Source: a virus. From it: a DNA stretch of 17,056 nucleotides. The stretch lies in UHGV virus genome UHGV-1593167; one strand, 5' to 3'. The first letter of the stretch is position 1; every line of letters starts with the position of its first letter. The position numbers and the translations under genes were made by a program. The notes under the pieces were generated by a model that saw only the letters and a list, made by a program, of their open reading frames with translations, was not told where the DNA came from and made no database searches. Of the stretch, positions 1 to 8,021 are shown piece by piece.

Positions 1-36
1 AGCGGCAGGAGTCTATGAACACGTTTCAGTGAAACC

Positions 37-55
37 ATTTAAGAAAGTGTTCTGA
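37..55. repeat. Left copy of 19-bp direct repeat ATTTAAGAAAGTGTTCTGA; putative attachment-site core (attL/attR)
   Basis: Identical 19-mer at 37-55 and 17002-17020, bracketing an element with a tyrosine integrase just inside the right copy. Weaker similarity continues beyond the core (left 111-127 CAATAAATTAAAGGGCAC vs right 17031-17046 CAATATTTAAGGGCAC). Confidence 0.6.
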
Positions 56-173
56 TTTATTAGAAATTTGCACTTAAATCAAAAAGTTACGGACAATTCA
101 ACCACCAATCAATAAATTAAAGGGCACATTAAAGTACACAATATTTGTGCCCTTCTCTGTTTCTTTCCCGTTA

Positions 174-722
174 TCAGCTAGCTGGAAACTTTTTATACAG
201 AGTTGAGAGCCCTACTCCATACGTTTTTGATACGCTTTGTCGTGATTCACCGGTTGCCATCCGCTCCCCCATTTCCCGCCATTGCTCATCCGTGAACTTA
301 GGCCTGCGACCACCAACTCGCCCTTTTGCCCTGGCTACGGCCAGCCCTGCTAAGGTACGTTCGCTATTAAGATCAGATTCATATTGTGCTGCGGAAAGGA
401 TGTTACGAAAGTTATAGCGGCCGCTGGCTGTTTTGAGATCCACGCCATCGGTAATACTGCGGAAGTTGATACCCTTTTCCTGTAACTGCTGGAACATCAA
501 CAGCGCATGCAGAACGTTGCGGCCTATCCTGTCCAGCTTCCAGACCACCAGTTCATCCCCCGGCTGCATAGTGGCGATCAGCCGTTTTAGAACCGGCCGA
601 TTCGATTTCCTCCCGCTGGCATGCTCTTCAAAAATTTTCTCACAACCCGCTGACTTGAGCGCCGTTAGTTGCAATTCAGTGTCCTGGTGGTTTGTTGATA
701 CTCGGGCATAACCGTAAATCAT
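174..722 (-). CDS. pin: Serine recombinase, DNA invertase of the Gin/Hin/Pin/Cin family
   Basis: 182 aa from the internal ATG at 722 (MIYGYARVSTNHQDTELQ...), with catalytic-serine motif YARVST, WKLDRIGR and a C-terminal HTH (GVGLSTLYKK). SD AGGAG lies 7 nt upstream of this ATG; the longer track ORF (to 881) has no plausible start. Sits next to an invertible fibre segment. Confidence 0.9.
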   Translation of the reverse strand: MIYGYARVSTNHQDTELQLTALKSAGCEKIFEEHASGRKSNRPVLKRLIATMQPGDELVVWKLDRIGRNVLHALLMFQQLQEKGINFRSITDGVDLKTASGRYNFRNILSAAQYESDLNSERTLAGLAVARAKGRVGGRRPKFTDEQWREMGERMATGESRQSVSKTYGVGLSTLYKKFPAS

Positions 723-726
723 GGGA

Positions 727-753
727 TTTCTCCTGTTATGAAAACAGGAGAAA
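727..753 (-). promoter_or_regulatory. Perfect 11-bp inverted repeat (TTTCTCCTGTT / AACAGGAGAAA, 5-nt spacer) in the invertase leader; the 3' arm contains the invertase SD
   Basis: 727-737 is the exact reverse complement of 743-753. On the pin mRNA this gives an 11-bp stem with a 5-nt loop ending 4 nt before the AUG and containing AGGAG. Confidence 0.5.
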
Positions 754-781
754 CGGCGAAGCATCACCAGATTTTTGATGG

Positions 782-807
782 TTATAAAAAAGGTTGGTTT
801 GGGAGAA
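782..807. other. Invertase crossover site 1 (hix/gix-like 26-bp site) TTATAAAAAAGGTTGGTTTGGGAGAA, core TT at 794-795
   Basis: Resembles recalled hix/gix sites (half-site TTATCAAAAACC, 2-bp central core). Shares 15 bp (TTGGTTTGGGAGAAG) in inverted orientation with the site at 2659-2684. Lies about 60 bp upstream of the invertase gene. Confidence 0.7.
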
Positions 808-1284
808 GGCTCTGCATTACCTGTTGGTGTCCCTGTTCCGTGGCCTTCCGCCACTCCGCCAACAGGCTGGCTGAAATGCAACGGTGCGGTTTTTTCTGCT
901 GAAGAATACCCGGAACTGGCAAAGGCTTATCCAACAAATAAATTGCCTGATTTACGTGGTGAGTTTATTCGTGGTTGGGATGACGGGCGCGGTATTGACG
1001 CGGGGCGCGAAATTCTGTCTGCTCAGGGGGATGCTATTCGTAATATAACCGGCACATTTGGTAATGGACAAACCGAAGCTAATGCGGCTATTAGCTTTAA
1101 TACAGCGAGTGGTGTTTTTGTAAGTCAATCAGCACTTCGTAATACGATAGGTAACACCACAATCATTCCAAATACCCCAAACAATCCTCATTTAGTCAAT
1201 TTTGATGCTTCAAGAGTAGTGCCAACTGCCTCAAAGAACAGACCAAGAAACATTGCATTTAACTATATCGTGAGAGCAGCATAA
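795..1284 (+). CDS. Silent alternative tail-fibre C-terminal cassette (Sv'-like); promoterless, expressed only as a fusion after inversion
   Basis: Reading frame begins inside crossover site 1 with no independent start signals. Encodes typical fibre C-terminal motifs (LPVGVPVPWPS..., ...RNIAFNYIVRAA). Same codon phase across the core as the fibre gene at site 2. Confidence 0.7.
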
Positions 1285-1886
1285 TGGATAAAGCAATATT
1301 AAATAGTGGACTTGTTGCTACAAAGGCAGGGGATATTACCGTTTATAACTATGATGGTGAAACGCGGGAATATATTTCCACATCAACTGAATATCTTGCG
1401 GTTGGCGTCGGTATCCCGGCATGTTCTTGTTTAGATGCACCAGTTACACATAAAGCTGGTTATACAATTTGCCGTTCAGCAGATTTAAAATCATGGGAAT
1501 ATATGCCAGACCATCGCGGTGAAATCGTTTTTAGCACCGAAACAGGGGAATCAAAAGAAATCACAGCTCCGGGTGATTACCCTGATAATACAACCACTAT
1601 CGCCCCGTTAACGCCATACGATAAATGGGATGGTGAGAAATGGGTGACGGATACCGAGGCACAGCACGGCGCAGCAGTAGATGCAGCAGAAGCACAGCGC
1701 CAGTCGCTGATTGATACTGCAATGGCCTCCATCAGTCTGATTCAGCTGAAATTGCAGGCCGGACGTAAACTAACGCAGGCAGAAACAACCCGCCTTAACG
1801 CTGTGCTGGATTACATTGACGCGGTGACGGCAACAGATACCAGCACCGTGCCGGATGTCATCTGGCCTGAACTGCCGGAGGCGTAG
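1284..1886 (+). CDS. Tail-fibre assembly protein (Tfa/gpG-U family), partner of the silent cassette
   Basis: 200 aa; ATG overlaps the upstream stop (TAATG); C-terminal ...DVIWPELPEA typical of Tfa chaperones; position inside the invertible segment. Confidence 0.75.
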   Translation: MDKAILNSGLVATKAGDITVYNYDGETREYISTSTEYLAVGVGIPACSCLDAPVTHKAGYTICRSADLKSWEYMPDHRGEIVFSTETGESKEITAPGDYPDNTTTIAPLTPYDKWDGEKWVTDTEAQHGAAVDAAEAQRQSLIDTAMASISLIQLKLQAGRKLTQAETTRLNAVLDYIDAVTATDTSTVPDVIWPELPEA

Positions 1887-2298
1887 GCCATTCAATATCT
1901 GGCGCACCGGAAGTATCGACCAGCTCCAGTGCGTCCAGATAATCCAGCCACAAATTATATTGCGCCAGTTCCTCACCTTTCAGACGACCAATAGCCGCTT
2001 TACCAGGCCATTGTTTACTGTTCATATAATCGTTGGCCTGATTAATCAGTTGCTGCTTTTCCAGTTCGGCTGCAGCAATCTGTTCCTCATATGTTGGTGG
2101 TGGAATTTCAGACCATGCAGGAAAACCATTTTCTCCAGCGATACGGATTTTTCCTTTCGGCGGTAATCCGGAAAACTCAATATACACTTGCTCATCAACT
2201 TCAACAGCATCATCTGGCCATGAGTCAGCTTGAGTGTAATCCTCTTTCATCTCCAGCGGATAGAAAGAGTTTGTAGTCGCGGAATATATGTAATTCAT
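1858..2298 (-). CDS. Tail-fibre assembly protein (Tfa/gpG-U family), partner of the currently expressed fibre
   Basis: 146 aa starting MNYIYSATTNSFYP..., C-terminal ...DIEWPTPP; SD GGAG 6 nt upstream of ATG at 2298; 3' end overlaps the convergent tfa by 29 nt. Confidence 0.8.
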   Translation of the reverse strand: MNYIYSATTNSFYPLEMKEDYTQADSWPDDAVEVDEQVYIEFSGLPPKGKIRIAGENGFPAWSEIPPPTYEEQIAAAELEKQQLINQANDYMNSKQWPGKAAIGRLKGEELAQYNLWLDYLDALELVDTSGAPDIEWPTPPAVQAR

Positions 2299-2319
2299 TT
2301 TTCACTCCATATAGCTAAA

Positions 2320-3102
2320 TTAACAGCCTAACGCTAAAAATGAAGCGCCGAGGCCAGGAGTACTGGCTCTGGATATAAATTTAACCGGGTCGGGACTAAA
2401 ACCTGCACAGGCAATATAACCAACAGCCCCGCTATCTGGTGTGTAGTCTTGTGAGACCAAAACACGCAGACATCTGTTTGGAAATGCAATCGGGAAATGG
2501 GTTACTACATCCTGTGCAATGCCTGGTGCGCCGATTGAGCCCCACTGAAGAATAAAACCTGATGGTAATTTTTGATATCCAGTACCTGAAACAGAAAGCG
2601 TGAAGCTACCCATATCAGGTATCTGATTCGCCCCTGTCCCTACATTCCTTTTAGCCGCTTCTCCCAAACCAAGGTATGTGAGAATGTCAGCAATAGTATT
2701 TTTCCCAATAATGTCACGGCCAACAGAAGTTAAATCAGTCTGCGCTGCTGTATCATTTCCAGTGAAATATGGGAGTTTATTTGCACCTGTTGCGAGCCCA
2801 GCTAATGCCGACAGCGTGGCATCAAGCGCCTGGAAATCTTTCCCGAAAGCGGTCCCCATTTTGGATATAAACCCGTTCAGGTCTCCATCATCAAGCACAT
2901 CCAGCCCGCTTTTGTTGGCGGTGTACTGCGCCAACGCTGCCGCGATAAAGCTGGCTTGCCGAATAGCTTTGTTGACCTGTGCGCTGGATGCTTTACCTGC
3001 CGTAAACCCTGAAAGCAGAGCCGGAAGTGCTTCCCAGTCAGCTTGTGAGGTGACGTTAGCGTTCGGATCAAGCGCGAAAGGTTTAAAGTTGTTTATTGCC
3101 AT
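2320..3102 (-). CDS. Tail fibre protein: constant N-terminal part (about 143 aa) fused in the current orientation to variable C-terminal part Sv (2320-2672)
   Basis: Start chosen at ATG 3102 (MAINNFKPF...), coupled to the upstream stop as TAATG; the track's longer ORF starts at 3120 with a poor SD. Crossover site 2 lies inside the gene at the constant/variable junction (...[13 protein letters not shown]...). Confidence 0.75.
   Translation of the reverse strand: MAINNFKPFALDPNANVTSQADWEALPALLSGFTAGKASSAQVNKAIRQASFIAAALAQYTANKSGLDVLDDGDLNGFISKMGTAFGKDFQALDATLSALAGLATGANKLPYFTGNDTAAQTDLTSVGRDIIGKNTIADILTYLGLGEAAKRNVGTGANQIPDMGSFTLSVSGTGYQKLPSGFILQWGSIGAPGIAQDVVTHFPIAFPNRCLRVLVSQDYTPDSGAVGYIACAGFSPDPVKFISRASTPGLGASFLALGC
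2659..2684. other. Invertase crossover site 2 (hix/gix-like) TTCTCCCAAACCAAGGTATGTGAGAA, core AA at 2671-2672
   Basis: Left half TTCTCCCAAACC matches the recalled hix/gix half-site pattern; inverted relative to site 1 with complementary core dinucleotide; located inside the fibre ORF. Confidence 0.7.
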
Positions 3103-3782
3103 TAGAGTATTGTCCCCCATGCTCCAACATCGAACCCGCCGATGTATTCGTTATCCATATCAAACCCAAAGAATTTAGAGCCTTCTGACGGTGTTTCTAC
3201 CGAAGGCGTTTCAACATCACCGGCCCATACGCCAGCTGATTTAACGGTGAGATAGCCCTGTTTGATAGCGGCGATCAGTTCGAGAGACACATCAGAAATA
3301 TCAGTTTCAGGGAAAACCCAGACCGAAATCGTCATGTCCTGGTTGTCGACGATCTGCATCCTCAGGCCTGAGCCTGCGGTAGCAGCGTCAAGGATGGGAG
3401 GCAGAGAGTCGTTCCGACCGTCCCAGTTGTTGATAGCGATTTTCGCTTTCAGAATGATGCGGTACGTCTCATCGCTTAGCGTCGTATAGCCAGAATCAGG
3501 ATCATATGGCCCTTGCCAGATGCCCTGGTCATACCCAAGCCCGTCAGTGTCCCAGCTGAAATAAACTCCGCTAATTGGCTGGCTGACTATGCGACTGCGT
3601 CCGATCCACAGACCGAGGATGTCGAGCTGTACACCGACAGCAGTATCGATATCGAAGGCTGTTATAAGCCCTGACATAGCGCTGGACACATCAATCAGCG
3701 GGCGGGTGCTCAGATCTATATGGTCAAAAAAGAGTGGCTTGGTAGCGTGGTAGTTAGTGATCAGTTCGGTGTATTTGCTCAT
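3102..3782 (-). CDS. Baseplate/tail protein, Mu gp48 / P2 gpI-like (DUF2313-like)
   Basis: 226 aa; sits between the J-like gene and the tail fibre; ATGA overlap with upstream gene; family recalled, not searched. Confidence 0.6.
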   Translation of the reverse strand: MSKYTELITNYHATKPLFFDHIDLSTRPLIDVSSAMSGLITAFDIDTAVGVQLDILGLWIGRSRIVSQPISGVYFSWDTDGLGYDQGIWQGPYDPDSGYTTLSDETYRIILKAKIAINNWDGRNDSLPPILDAATAGSGLRMQIVDNQDMTISVWVFPETDISDVSLELIAAIKQGYLTVKSAGVWAGDVETPSVETPSEGSKFFGFDMDNEYIGGFDVGAWGTIL

Positions 3783-4978
3783 GAGGTCACCGTGATACTG
3801 ATATTCGCGGTGCTACAGGACGCTGAAGCATCATAGGCAATATCAATGTTTGATGCCGATACGCTGCCAGACGACTTACCGATCAGCAGGTCGGTAATAT
3901 CGTAATAGCGGGCATTCCCGCCGCTCACAACGCCGAGGTTTGCCGGGGAATAAATACGGCTCAGCAGAACGTCGTCGCCAATTGTTAGGCCATTTATATA
4001 ATCGGCAACAGCCTGTTTAATCTGCTCGCCGATTTGAGAGGTATAGCCGGTAAAAACTTTCAGGGTAATGGCTACGAAAATTGGCACATCGGTAGAGCGC
4101 GAAAAACTGATGACGTGAGGATTACCATAAGTATCCGGCACTGTGACAGAAGTTTTACCGTAAGTTGCGGTTCCCTGCCCTTTATTCCCCCTGATGGTCT
4201 GGGCTATCTCGGTAACATCCCCTCCATCGACGATGGCGGAAATAGAGTGTGGCGGCAGCCCGTTGCTGTCGGTTGCCCCAGTGTCGTTCTCATATAGTTT
4301 GTGACGTGTCACGCCAGCAACATTAGCGATAGCACCGTCGACACCTTCAAACGGTGTGATCGATGGTAGCGCGACGCTTTGCCCCTGCCGAATGCGCAGC
4401 TCTGCGTCGGTTTCGGCTGGTGAACCGACAGTAGCCGCAACTGGATTGGTTACCGACACCCAACCTCGGGTCGGGGTGTTGATAGTGGTAATAGTCCCGG
4501 CCAGCGCCGCAACCGAACCGCTATTCGCACATGTGGCCGTCACCAGCACAGTACCATCAACGCCGATCGCCACACTCGCTGGAAAATTCCAGATAATGCC
4601 GTTTTTATCCCGTGCGGAGCCATTCGTGATAGTCGTGCCTGCCGTACCGGTTAACAGAAGGTCAGCAGTAGAGTTTGTCGCTACTTTTCGCGTGATCCCG
4701 TTAATTTTCACATTGTTGCTAAGCGCTGCGGCCTGCGCTGTCGTCGGTGAAAAAGAGTTGTAGATCTCGATAGCGGTATTGTTAGCGTCATGCACCGCAA
4801 GAGCCACCAGCGCGACCATTTGCCCATCTTTGCTGTCTGGTTCGAGGTAGGCATCACTACCGTAAATCTGCCTGAAATAGCTGGTCAGTGTATCAAGGAT
4901 TGTCTGGTAATCAGGCGCACTAATCCCCTGGGCGGTTACCGTTGCCGATAGCCCCAGCGTGTCGAGGTTCAAAGCCAT
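3779..4978 (-). CDS. Baseplate J-like protein (Mu gp47 / P2 gpJ family)
   Basis: 399 aa; size and position after the W-like gene; family recalled from sequence character. Confidence 0.7.
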   Translation of the reverse strand: MALNLDTLGLSATVTAQGISAPDYQTILDTLTSYFRQIYGSDAYLEPDSKDGQMVALVALAVHDANNTAIEIYNSFSPTTAQAAALSNNVKINGITRKVATNSTADLLLTGTAGTTITNGSARDKNGIIWNFPASVAIGVDGTVLVTATCANSGSVAALAGTITTINTPTRGWVSVTNPVAATVGSPAETDAELRIRQGQSVALPSITPFEGVDGAIANVAGVTRHKLYENDTGATDSNGLPPHSISAIVDGGDVTEIAQTIRGNKGQGTATYGKTSVTVPDTYGNPHVISFSRSTDVPIFVAITLKVFTGYTSQIGEQIKQAVADYINGLTIGDDVLLSRIYSPANLGVVSGGNARYYDITDLLIGKSSGSVSASNIDIAYDASASCSTANISITVTS

Positions 4979-5332
4979 TTATGCCTCGCTTGTTACAGTC
5001 GTCTGGCCGTAGATTGTGTCAATGGAGGAAGTGAAGGTGACGCGACGGCTGGTGCCGTCATAATTGGTATCGAAGGAAAGAATCGACAGAACGCCCGGTG
5101 TATCCTGTATGCGTTCGCGTATGGCCAGGATGTAGACATCTGATCGCTGCTTCCCAAGCACTGACTGAACATACGGCGTGCCTTCCGTCAGATCGAGAAA
5201 CCACTGACCGCGCCACAGCTCGAAACGGGTTTTTACGGCCTGGGCGACACATTCCGGACTGTCGATAAGGAAAGTATCGTCACCCTGGCCGAAAGTGTAA
5301 TCGCCTTCAGTATCTTCGCGACGGTATCGCAT
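4979..5332 (-). CDS. Small baseplate protein, Mu gp46 / P2 gpW-like (gp25-like)
   Basis: 117 aa; TAATG coupling with the upstream spike gene; position between spike and J-like genes. Confidence 0.6.
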   Translation of the reverse strand: MRYRREDTEGDYTFGQGDDTFLIDSPECVAQAVKTRFELWRGQWFLDLTEGTPYVQSVLGKQRSDVYILAIRERIQDTPGVLSILSFDTNYDGTSRRVTFTSSIDTIYGQTTVTSEA

Positions 5333-6072
5333 TATTGCGGCCCTCCGGTAGTTCCCCCGCCAGTCTGTACTCCGCCATGTTTATGCGTGGCGACACTGAT
5401 ACCAGAAGCTGTTACGTCATTCGTTACCGTCACCGGCCCAAGCATCGTCGCAGTACCGCCGCTTTCTCCCATTCCCTGAGACAGGTTACCGTTAATCGTT
5501 ACGTTGCCGTTCAGCGTGATAGTCGGGGATGTGATTGTCGTTCCACCCTCAGCCGTAGCCGTAAGCTTGCCCGGCGTTTTAACGGTGATGTTATGCCCTG
5601 CTGCGACCTCTACGAACGCCGAGCCATCATCGGTTCGCAGCTGCGCGGCGCTGGTACTGATACCGCTGATTTTCTGCGCTTGCGACTGCGGGCCAACGAT
5701 GGCGAACGCATCAGATAAGTCATGCTGGCGCGGGTCGACGGTCTCCTGAACGCCGCCGCTCTGCCACCAGAAATCGATGCAACGGTCGGCAAAGATCAGC
5801 AGGCACTCGTCGCCTTCTTTTACCGGAAAGGTCAGCGTGCAACCGCCGCCGCGCGGGAAGATAACCGGCACATCCACCAGCGGTTTTAATTCGGTGGAGC
5901 CATCGCCAACAATACCGCGAAGCGCTACCTCTACTGTGCAGGTAACAGTGTCAGGATCGAACGACTGAATGATGCCGGGCATCGCTACGCGCATCTGGGT
6001 AGACACCGAATCGACAATGGCCTGCGCGGTCTGCTGCTCACCGCCGATCTGTGATTGAGTTGGAATTGGCAT
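5332..6072 (-). CDS. Baseplate assembly protein V / central spike
   Basis: 246 aa; N-terminal V-type domain and Gly/Thr-rich C-terminus (...HKHGGVQTGGGTTGGPQ); SD GGGGG 7 nt upstream of ATG 6072. Confidence 0.7.
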   Translation of the reverse strand: MPIPTQSQIGGEQQTAQAIVDSVSTQMRVAMPGIIQSFDPDTVTCTVEVALRGIVGDGSTELKPLVDVPVIFPRGGGCTLTFPVKEGDECLLIFADRCIDFWWQSGGVQETVDPRQHDLSDAFAIVGPQSQAQKISGISTSAAQLRTDDGSAFVEVAAGHNITVKTPGKLTATAEGGTTITSPTITLNGNVTINGNLSQGMGESGGTATMLGPVTVTNDVTASGISVATHKHGGVQTGGGTTGGPQ

Positions 6073-6080
6073 AAAACCCC

Positions 6081-6107
6081 CATAAAAAAACCAGCCGAAG
6101 CTGGTTT
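6081..6107 (-). terminator. Rho-independent terminator-like hairpin on the minus strand, directly upstream of the spike gene
   Basis: Stem AAACCAGC / GCTGGTTT with loop CGAA (6088-6107); on the minus strand it is followed by a run of 7 T (6081-6087 are A on the plus strand). Confidence 0.5.
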
Positions 6108-6294
6108 GGTATCAATTATCTCTTAGTAACTAAGCCACATCAGTGTGAAGTAAGGCTTTTCCGCTGCAATGGCACACATTCACAAGGTGTATTAGGATAT
6201 GTTTGCAACAAGTAAGCATTGAAAATCAATTTCAGCCATGAAGCCGCCATAGAGTGGACCTGCACCATCGCATTATTGACTACAGGAGTAACAA

Positions 6295-6585
6295 ATGGGA
6301 TTTAGATTTCGTAAAAGAATCCGGATTGCGCCCGGACTCGCGATCAACATTAGTAAAAGCGGAGTAAGCACTTCAATTGGTGGTAAAGGTTCCACCATTA
6401 ACATCGGAAAAAAAGGCGTAAAGATGACAAATGGCCTTCCCGGCACGGGGCTGTCGCATACCACTAACCTTTACTCTCCCGGGAAATCGACAGAAAAAAA
6501 ACAACTTACTCATAAGCAAAAAATAATTAGAAACATCCTGTTCGTAATTATTGTGTTTATTATAATTAAAGCTCAATATTTTTGA
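6295..6585 (+). CDS. Small membrane-anchored protein with DUF4236-like N-terminal motif and C-terminal transmembrane helix
   Basis: 96 aa, MGFRFRKRIRIAPGLAINISKSGVSTSIGGKGSTINIGKKG... (family recalled); hydrophobic ILFVIIVFIII near the C-terminus; SD AGGAG 6 nt upstream; opposite strand to the surrounding tail genes. Confidence 0.6.
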   Translation: MGFRFRKRIRIAPGLAINISKSGVSTSIGGKGSTINIGKKGVKMTNGLPGTGLSHTTNLYSPGKSTEKKQLTHKQKIIRNILFVIIVFIIIKAQYF

Positions 6586-6590
6586 CGCAT

Positions 6591-6616
6591 GCCCGCCTAT
6601 CTGGCGGGCTATTTTA
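6591..6616. terminator. Bidirectional terminator-like hairpin between convergent genes
   Basis: Stem GCCCGCC / GGCGGGC with loop TATCT (6591-6609), followed by a T-rich tract on the plus strand and an A/T-rich tract on the minus strand. Confidence 0.55.
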
Positions 6617-6944
6617 CTTTTCGGCAGTCGTATGTTGCATACTGACGCGGCGAATCCATGCTGGCTTGCAGCCACTGAGCATTCAGGATTGCTTTACCAT
6701 TACGGCCAATAAACTCCATTCCTACCCATCGCCCTGGTTGATTGGTCGCTATGCGCCATTCAATTTTGACGTTGTTATAATCACCGTCATTTTTAAGAAA
6801 TGTCACTTTTTGCGATTCAGGTTTAGCTCCGTTTACGCGAGCGAAACCATCATCAGCCCAATGGATTTTGAAATCACCACACTGAGAATCAGCAATAGCT
6901 TGGAAAGAAAATAATGCTGCAATGATAAAAATTACGAGTTTCAC
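6609..6944 (-). CDS. Small secreted protein of unknown function
   Basis: 111 aa from GTG 6944 (SD GAGG 8 nt upstream); signal peptide MKLVIFIIAALFSFQA; two Cys; AT-rich gene. The track's longer start at 6986 lacks an SD and would overlap the hub gene. Confidence 0.55.
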   Translation of the reverse strand: MKLVIFIIAALFSFQAIADSQCGDFKIHWADDGFARVNGAKPESQKVTFLKNDGDYNNVKIEWRIATNQPGRWVGMEFIGRNGKAILNAQWLQASMDSPRQYATYDCRKVK

Positions 6945-6954
6945 GTCCCGTACC

Positions 6955-8019
6955 TCAGTAGTTTGTTTTTTGCATAGCACCAGCATTAACTAAATCACGA
7001 CTGCCACGCGCAAAACACATCAAATCCATGTACCACGCCTGACCTCTGGTGTCGCCAGTATAGTCGATAGCTTTGACGATATAAACGCCATCTGTCGCAA
7101 TGCTGGCAGCCTGTGACGTTGTGCCGGTCAGTGCGCGGTTGCCGTTCTCTTCCGTTTCAGTGATACGCCCGGGCGACTGTGCGATTTCGCTATTGCCGAG
7201 CGCGGCGCGGTACACCGAAGCCTGATCGAGCTGGATAAGACCATTAATGCGGATGTTTGGGTTTATCAGGCACCGCACGTTTACGCCGCCGCCCATTGTC
7301 TGTTGCGGCATACCGATCAGGCCAGTATTGGCATTTAACACAATGGCTTCGTGAATATATTTATCCTCCGGCACCATCTGGACCTGTCCATCCACCAGCT
7401 GCCATGTCGCTTTGCACTGCGCAGCAATATTATCCATCACGTTACGGGTGGATGAGTAAATCGCGCGGCCACGAGGAAACACGGTATCAGGAAAATCGCC
7501 GGTAATGCCCTGTGTCACGCCGAACGCGTTGAAATCCTGCATCGTCGCCCGGTGCAGATCCGCAACGGTATAGCCAGCGGCAAGCGTGGTGATGGTAGTC
7601 GCGTAGAGGAACGCTTCGTGGTTACTGATGGCCTGAATCAGCACCCAGGAATCGGTGATGTTGTCCTTCCCGGTGACGGTGAAGCGAATATCACCGTCAA
7701 ATATCAGGCCGTAGTTCTGACCGTTCACCTGCCCTACCTGGTCTGGTGAAATCTCCCGGGCGACACCAACCTGGCTCGCATCAACATCCGGCGCAATACC
7801 GTCATACCCGGCAATGATGCGAATTTTTGCAAACTCCTGCCCCAGTATCTTGTTCGTGGTATCGGTCGAAAGGTTGTAAATTTTCACGTTTGCCACGCGC
7901 GGCCAGCGTGTATCTGCCCACTCGATCTGGAACGTGACCTTAAAATCAGACAGGGAAATACCCTGCCCGTTCTGGTCCAACAGCTGCAACTCAAAATGGC
8001 GCATCCAGTTAAGAGACAT
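6955..8019 (-). CDS. Putative baseplate hub / tail protein, assigned by position
   Basis: 354 aa; SD AGGAG 5-6 nt upstream of ATG 8019; lies between the tape-measure-like gene and the spike. Family not recognised with certainty. Confidence 0.45.
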   Translation of the reverse strand: MSLNWMRHFELQLLDQNGQGISLSDFKVTFQIEWADTRWPRVANVKIYNLSTDTTNKILGQEFAKIRIIAGYDGIAPDVDASQVGVAREISPDQVGQVNGQNYGLIFDGDIRFTVTGKDNITDSWVLIQAISNHEAFLYATTITTLAAGYTVADLHRATMQDFNAFGVTQGITGDFPDTVFPRGRAIYSSTRNVMDNIAAQCKATWQLVDGQVQMVPEDKYIHEAIVLNANTGLIGMPQQTMGGGVNVRCLINPNIRINGLIQLDQASVYRAALGNSEIAQSPGRITETEENGNRALTGTTSQAASIATDGVYIVKAIDYTGDTRGQAWYMDLMCFARGSRDLVNAGAMQKTNY

Positions 8020-8021
8020 TT

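Larger units (their letters stand above)
782..2684. other. Invertible tail-fibre segment (G-segment-like) delimited by the two crossover sites
   Basis: Inverted 26-bp sites flank two convergent tfa genes and two alternative fibre C-terminal coding segments; adjacent invertase gene. Confidence 0.7.

Noticed and set aside
145-417. 90-aa plus-strand ORF
   Set aside because: Lies entirely antisense within the invertase gene, has no SD and no recognisable protein character; the invertase frame explains the open reading.
174-881. Longest form (235 aa) of the invertase ORF
   Set aside because: The N-terminal 53 residues have no plausible start signal and would run across crossover site 1; the internal ATG at 722 has an SD and gives the canonical invertase N-terminus.
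2678-3178. 166-aa plus-strand ORF
   Set aside because: Antisense to the tail-fibre gene and spanning a gene boundary; low-complexity Ala/Ser-rich translation typical of a shadow frame.
5335-5968. Several 60-130-aa ORFs on both strands (5335-5718, 5504-5749, 5610-5792, 5777-5968)
   Set aside because: All lie inside the spike gene in alternative frames or antisense; Arg/Ser-rich composition typical of off-frame translation of GC-rich coding DNA.
6200-6294. Sigma-70 promoter for the DUF4236-like gene
   Set aside because: Candidate hexamers (TTGCAA at 6203-6208 with TCAATT 17 bp downstream) are too weak to assign by eye; left unannotated.
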